A stretch of DNA of 55,662 bases, counting the filler, from Squatina squatina (lineage: Eukaryota), in assembly GCA_031763465.1 (NCBI GenBank). It is 4 parts of 4 records of this genome, joined end to end, with 100 filler letters (N's around TTAATTAATTAA, not from the genome) between each part and the next. Parts side by side here need not be neighbours in the genome. Positions count along the whole stretch, not along the records: positions 42,243 to 55,662 come from JARFOE010000233.1; 3 more parts are not named here. One strand, 5' to 3'. The notes below the pieces were generated by a model, which was not told the origin of the DNA, made no database searches, and saw nothing but the letters and a program-made list of their open reading frames with translations. Positions 49,081 through 55,662 of the stretch are shown here, piece after piece. The translations under genes and the position numbers were made by a program. Every line of letters begins with the position of its first letter. Positions within the stretch are counted from its first letter, which is position 1.

Positions 49081-49789
49081 AAGTTTATACCAGTTTAATG
49101 CAAACAAGCCAGCAGTGCTGGTTTGAATGCAAACATTTACAAAGACGTAAACACAACAGATGAAAATCATTTTTTTCAACTTACATTTACACAAACTTTA
49201 TGAGCTCCAACACTATGGAAATATCAAATTTTATATTGAATTCCTCAGGAGGCGAGTGTTATTACAAAGAGATTAAAATTACAAACCAACCATGTGAATT
49301 AAAAGTAGAAACTATGTACTTTAGATACACAATATGAACAATGCTATTTCTATGCAGAGGTATTTATACTTTTTCTGGTAAAATACACCAAGCATAGAAA
49401 CATCTGCTTTAGATTTCATTCCCCACATCCTTCTCTCAGCCTCAAATTACATCAGGCAATTTAATTTATCTTCTGCCTCCTCTCCTGAAGACAGTGACTC
49501 ATGCTGGGTTATTATTCCACAGGCATCAGCAACCCTATAATCCCATGCCCTGGTGATCATTCTTCATATTTCAACAAAAAACTGCACTTACATAATTCTT
49601 ATACCATTAGAAAAGTTCCAAGACACTTCACAGTTGGGTGCAAGGAAAACATATGCCAACAAAGGAAAGAAAAGGAGCGGTGACTGAAAGTTTAATTGAA
49701 GATTAAATGGCAGCCTTGATGATCAACATCGCTGAGGTATTCCACTATTTCAAGGTGGGGTGGGGGTGGGGGTGGTGTAGGGCGGTCAG

Positions 49790-50020
49790 TGCTGAGAATC
49801 ACAGCTGTGCCCAATCCTGATATTCACACACATGCACTTTCCTGCAGAATTTCTAAATAGCTATCAGATGCAGGATCCCGATCTGATTTATTTCTGCTTC
49901 CCTAGCCCTAGGGCAAATTATAGTACTCCTGCCACAGTCCTCACTGAGATTACCGAACTCGGCGTAAACCAGGCATTAAACCTGGAATCATTTGGTTGGT
50001 ATGGTTCAGTATGTTGACAC
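49790..50020 (-). mobile_element. old SINE-like repeat fragment
   Basis: Minus strand carries a tRNA-like head (actgaaccatac...ccaggtttaatgcctggt...gagtt) similar to 47988-48075, and a caggattgggcacagctgtgat core similar to 45887-45910. Confidence 0.45.
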
Positions 50021-52432
50021 TCGTGTGATGAATCTGGCTGAATTTTTATCATTCTCTGCCTCAGTATAGAGCAGGCTGCTTTATGGTTTATCATATGGAA
50101 GAAGCCAAGTAACCATCCCTAACATGTGAGTCCAGATAACAATCAGCTGACTACTCAAATGCTGGGACCATGCCACCCAAACCAAATACTGTTATTACAC
50201 AGAATTTACAACACAGAACCAGGCCATTTGGCCTCTACCAGTGTTTATGCTCCACTCGAGCCTCCTCCCACATTATTTACTNNNNNNNNNNNNNNNNNNN
50301 NNNNNNNNNNNNNNNNNNNNNNNNNNNNNNNNNNNNNNNNNNNNNNNNNNNNNNNNNNNNNNNNNNNNNNNNNNNNNNNNNGATATGAATCACTATAAAT
50401 AGTAGTGCCCACATTCTCGATGAATGCATAGCTGATGGTAACAGAAGCAAGCATAGAAAAAGAAATCCTATTCCTTCTATAGACAAAATCTACCCAATGA
50501 TGGACTCTAATTCACTAACTTAAAGTCCTATGGGAATATTTGGCATAGGTGCCTTACTCATCCAATAATTTCCCCACCGCAAATCAATCACAAACATCAT
50601 TGTGTCCTGCGGACTATTTTATCAGCTCAGTTTACAGCTATCTCTATGGATTCCCATTGCATTTCCCACAAGATATTTAGCCAGCTCCTATTTGAAGGAG
50701 TCACTTGACATTAATTTTTTTTTGAGGTGCGGGAAAAGAGTTCAACATTTCCACTACTCTCTAGGTAAAAGAAAAAAAATGCAAGCTTTAATTTCCAGTC
50801 TTATTTGAAGACTATAATTGACTTTAAACCAGTGTTCCCTAGTTCTAAATTGAGCACAGTTCAACTCAAACACCCTCGATTACATCAAACACAAATTGCA
50901 CCTGTATGTATTTATTGGGAATACCATGGCTAAGATGCAAGAAGCATACGAACAAGTTGTAGACATATCTATCTGCATTCCCATGCTTGTAGAAAATGTA
51001 ATCTATAGCATCAGTAAAGAGACAAATGAAATCAGGTTGGAAAAACTCTAGTGACATATGAGGGAATAATTCATGAAGTGCACCTTAATCTTAATATATT
51101 CATTTAATATGAGACAATGAGTCAGTCCACTTTCCCCAGAGCTGTCACCACCTGGAAAATCTCTCTCTCATTAAACACCAGCACCTGTAGCTCATAAGTG
51201 TGATATATGCTTAGCAGACACTAATTAAATCAATAACTCTCAACTTGATGCCTGAAATAAATCTGCTTTATGGCATGAAAGCACACGACTATTCCACTTA
51301 TTAAGTGTTTTAAAATAATGATCCATCACAACTGTCTGNNNNNNNNNNNNNNNNNNNNNNNNNNNNNNNNNNNNNNNNNNNNNNNNNNNNNNNNNNNNNN
51401 NNNNNNNNNNNNNNNNNNNNNNNNNNNNNNNNNNNNNNAAAAGGTATAATGTATTTTGGAGCTTTACATTTTGGTTAAATAGGAAATGCTTAACGAATTT
51501 CAGAGTGATTTGAAAATCGTTCTTTGACCCCCAAGCAGATTCTTGTTATCAGGAGCAGCTGTATGGATTGGCAGTTTTCATTCCAGGTCACTAAAAGTTA
51601 AGACCCCCTCAGGCTTCTTTCTATACCGTCTGGTACAAATTAGTGTTTTACTTCCTTGATAGCTCACTATGCCCTTATTAGGCTATTTAAACTTAGATTT
51701 ATGTTTCAAAGGCAGCTTTTTTAAAGAAAGTAGAAGCTAGAATTTTAGGAATGTTGTTGAATTCAATGTTGTTCAAAATTTATGTTTTGAAATAAAGTTT
51801 AGATAATTTCTAATTAAAAACAAATATTTGGTTCTTTGATTTAAATAAATTTAAAACACCTACAATTAATTTCTCTTTAGAGCCTCATAAAAGGAAAATA
51901 ATAAATGCACTTGCTGTAACCACCAACCTTAATGAAACTTGTTTAACAAGTTCGCGAGAGGTTGATGTAGAAGGAATATCAAGCAAAAAGGTTTGTTAAC
52001 CCCCACATCAAAACATTTAAAGCGCGTTTCATTGGTTCTAACCTGTGTGTTATCAAACAGATGAAAACAAACATTCCTCGGGTGAAAGGCATCAGCATGA
52101 ACGGGAAATATGAAATACACACAACCCCCATATGGTTTAGAGGGGTTTCTGTATGACTATGACATTACTGCATGACCACTGATCTTTCGGAAGCTATTAA
52201 AGGTATAATGAAAATGCAAAATCTAATATGAATTGAAAAAGGGTAGCATGTCTACTCTTCCTGTAAGCAAGAGATGAGTGAGTCCTTTAGCTTTACAGTA
52301 TATTGCTTACCTGAGATTTCTGATTTTGTGAGNNNNNNNNNNNNNNNNNNNNNNNNNNNNNNNNNNNNNNNNNNNNNNNNNNNNNNNNNNNNNNNNNNNN
52401 NNNNNNNNNNNNNNNNNNNNNNNNNNNNNNNN

Positions 52433-52600
52433 AATCTGTTTTAGGGGTGTTGATTGAGAGATAGATGTTGGCCAGGACACCAAGAGAATTCTCTGCTCTC
52501 CAAATTGTGCAGTGGAATCTTTTACATCCACCTGAACTGACAGTTAAAAGACAGCACCTCCGACAGTGTAGCACTCTTGCAGTACTGCATTGAAATGTCA
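52433..52600 (-). mobile_element. DeuSINE central fragment
   Basis: ttggccaggacacc...atcttttacatccacctga...aaagacagcacctccgacagtgtagcact is the reverse complement of ~25055-25230. Confidence 0.75.
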
Positions 52601-53587
52601 AAATATTCATATTTTGATAATAAAAATCTGGGATAATCTTAAATAAACTAGAAAACAATTCACAATATTTTCTTAGTAATTGATTATGGTCTAGGAATTT
52701 AGGTTTTAATGAAAAATTGTTTTTGTACACCAATAGGACAAGCCATTTGGAACTTTACCAACATAGTTGCATTTCTATGGTTTTCAGATGTTCCTTAATT
52801 ACAAGGCAAAATTTAGGTTGGAGCTCCAGAGCCTCAGTGAAACAATCCTATCCCTCTAGGTTTATAATTTGATCAACATCTACAGCAAATCTGTGCAGTT
52901 TTGCTCAGCAGTAAACAGGATGTAAACCTGTTTTACCCCAAAATCTTCCATTAATCTATNNNNNNNNNNNNNNNNNNNNNNNNNNNNNNNNNNNNNNNNN
53001 NNNNNNNNNNNNNNNNNNNNNNNNNNNNNNNNNNNNNNNNNNNNNNNNNNNNNNNNNNNAGCACCCAAAATCAGCATTAAGCCCTTAACGCCAGTTTAAC
53101 GCCGAAAAAAAGGGTGAATTGGGCGTCCTAGGAGTCCAATATGAAAAAAAAATCACAGGCAAAGTGATGTCCAAAGTGACACAGAACTACAGAGCTTTTT
53201 ACAGTTATCCCTAATACATTAGGAGAGTGTATGTTGAATCAATGTACCGGTATGCTCTCTCTCTAATGCTGTCTGAGACACAGAAAAGCCAGTTTTAACA
53301 CAAGTCAAGAAACAGCGCCTCCAAAATATCAATTTCAGATAGCTGTATATTTATGTCAATAAACAGAAAAAGTAAATTGGAATCAGATGCGAGCTAGTGG
53401 AGAATGTCTGAGAGATGAATGGAAACAGAACTCAAAAAGCACACAATGCCAACTAATCAAAACCACACTAATGCTGGATCAGAAAATTTCATATTAGCGG
53501 AGATGCTTTTTCTTCGGTGTAATGTTAAACCTCAGAATATTAAGTAATCAAGCTTCTTTCTAAAACCTCTGACTATTCATTATACTT

Positions 53588-53935
53588 TAACTATAAAGTG
53601 TGTAAATATTTACCCAGTCAGTGTTTTATTATACATTAACTATATACAGTGTATATACTTACCACAGTAGTTTCAATATACATTGACTATTTACAGTGTG
53701 GATATATTTACCTCAGTAGCTGGTGTTATATATTAACTATATAGTGTATATATTTACCCCAGCAGTCGGTGTTTTATTGTACATTAACTGTGTGCCTGTA
53801 CACTTACCCCCGCAGTGTTATTATAGTTACTATATACAGTACATATATTTATTTATAGTTGGTGTTGTTTATATTATCTAAATACAGGGATATATTTACC
53901 CCAGCAGTTACTATATACAGTGTGTATCTGTATAA
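53588..53935. repeat. degenerate AT-rich minisatellite, ~45-50 bp unit, about 7-8 copies
   Basis: Recurring taactatatacagtgtatatatttaccccagcagt...gtgttttattatacat. Confidence 0.8.
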
Positions 53936-54000
53936 TATATATATATAAAATCTAGATACAGCAGATATTTTTACCACGTGTTATTATATAGTGTGTACAG

Positions 54001-54089
54001 AAACATAGAAACAGAAAATAGGTGCAGGAGTAGGCCATTCAGCCCTTCGAGCCTGCACCGCCATTCAACACGATCATGGCTGATCTTTC
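54001..54089 (-). mobile_element. CR1-type LINE 3' tail
   Basis: aaacatagaaacagaaaataggtgcaggagtaggccattcagcccttcgagcctgcaccgccattcaa: terminal short repeats plus the conserved tail. Confidence 0.8.
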
Positions 54090-55662
54090 NNNNNNNNNNN
54101 NNNNNNNNNNNNNNNNNNNNNNNNNNNNNNNNNNNNNNNNNNNNNNNNNNNNNNNNNNNNNNNNNNNNNNNNNNNNNNNNNNNNNNNNNACCTGGAGAAG
54201 ACAGACGATCATGAGAAGTGGAAGTATTTTTCAAAGCTATATACATAAAAGTTTTCAATTAAGCAATGCACTTTCCCTATTTTATCAATGGTTCACAAAC
54301 CATAGATAAGCAAAAGCAATTAAGCAGTCTAGAATCTTTGCTCATTGCCTTATATTTTCCTCAATTGGCTGGTATAGCAGTACATCTTAATAAAAACATC
54401 CCAAACCAGCTGTGTAGTATTACTTAAATGAAAGTGAATTTCATGAATTCAATATGGGATCAATTAACAGTAAACATATATTCAGTCTTCAGAAAGTGAA
54501 TCTTTCCACAGGTTTACTATAATTTTTCCCTAAAAGTCAGAAAGCACTAAAGTAAACCTAATGAACATTTCTCAGACATAAATCAAACCTTTTTAAGGCC
54601 TCCTTCCTCCACGAACACGCACAAGACATTCTCAGTTCCATTCCATATCAGATTACAAACTACAGAAATCAGAGCAGGAACTGAAAATTAGCTTAGAAGT
54701 AGGGCAGGTAACTGAGGTTTTTACCCACGTTGTGCATTACATAGTGTGCAGTTCTACTTACTGTAACAGCAGCATACATCTGTAATCTTAACATTTTTAT
54801 CCTCTACTTGTAACTAATACTTTAAAAAGCAGTCATATTACACCTCACTCCAAGCCTAGAATAGAAACATTACAGATTGCCTTCCTAGAAATGAAATGAA
54901 TATTTTTGCTTCCCATTCATGTTCTCTCCCACCCCCATCAATCCAGTGTTATAAACGTGCAGATTTAGACGCCTGGCTGGAAATTGACTCATGGGAAGTC
55001 CAGGTTTCAAGTAACAAAGTTTCACTGTGATATGCATCACCACTACTCTACGGCTTATATCAACATCATTTTTTGGCAGCCAATGGAGCTGTACTTTCAA
55101 CAAAAATAACATTTTATTTTTTAAAAATGCTCCATCAGTAAGTTGTTTAATTTTATTTAAAAAAGTGGAAGTCCTGCCGCCTTCATCCATACTGCTTTGC
55201 CAACTAACCACATGTGGATTTTCTACGGCCATTTGATATTAATTTTCTTAATAGTTTAATCAAGTGCTCTAAACTGCAAAATAATGTGCCCCAGTTACAT
55301 ACCATCTCAATTTAAAACCATGTTTCACAAAATAGAGGGAAGCTATTTAGAAACTGTAAATTGTTCCAAATGTTCACCTATATTATTGTTAAAATGATTT
55401 CATATTTAATCATTAGCAATCAGTGCAGCAATCTCCACAAGGTGACATGAGCCTGATAGGATCTAAAGATATAATTATGCTGTTGTACTATTTTTTTTCT
55501 TTGTTTAAATGGTTTGAATTATGTGGTGCTTCAAAATATTGCCACTAGGTGGTGGGCTTGGAATGTAAAATGGCACTGAAGTTATTTTCAGTATAAAATT
55601 TAAAAAGTCCTGTCAATTACTTTGATAGGTTTGTAATGTCTTCTTCTTCGGCAGTCCCTCGG

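Noticed and set aside
53588-53935. CRISPR-like array
   Set aside because: Units are degenerate along their whole length with no unique spacers, the context is vertebrate, and there are no cas genes.
55542-55554. CTCF site CCACTAGGTGGTG
   Set aside because: A single imperfect motif without supporting context; it cannot be called functional from sequence alone.
55638-55662. Possible RTE-type LINE tail (tcttcttcttcggcagtccctcgg)
   Set aside because: Only ~25 nt before the window ends, too short to support.

Overview
Eukaryotic vertebrate genomic DNA, most likely from a shark or other chondrichthyan. That assignment rests on the repeat content: DeuSINE/SacSINE1-like SINEs and abundant L2, CR1 and Penelope-like fragments. 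The window is not one locus. It is four gappy scaffolds joined by an artificial 100-nt linker (44 N + TTAATTAATTAA + 44 N): A 1-13993, B 14094-28736, C 28837-42142, D 42243-55662. Each scaffold is made of ~1 kb contigs separated by placeholder N-runs, so real distances are unknown and many exons are missing. A: three MOXD1 exons (-), a hAT transposase relic, unidentified exon candidates and a CCN2/CTGF-like proximal promoter (+). B: exons of MPI (+), STRA6 (-), CCDC33 (+) and CYP11A1 (-), a gene set also linked on human 15q24, plus a Penelope-like element with a hammerhead-like motif. C: a B4GALNT1/2-like exon with an in-frame stop, MITE-like repeats and a CpG-richer promoter-like end. D: ROR2 exons 2 and 6 (-) and intronic sequence. 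Gene calls come from my own translation of GT-AG-bounded exons compared with remembered vertebrate proteins; no searches were run. Most entries in the ORF track are spurious. I see no CRISPR, rRNA, prokaryotic genes or clearly new multi-gene system. The best leads are the conserved CCN2 promoter, the hammerhead variant, the B4GALNT nonsense codon, an orphan exon and a nested hairpin in ROR2.
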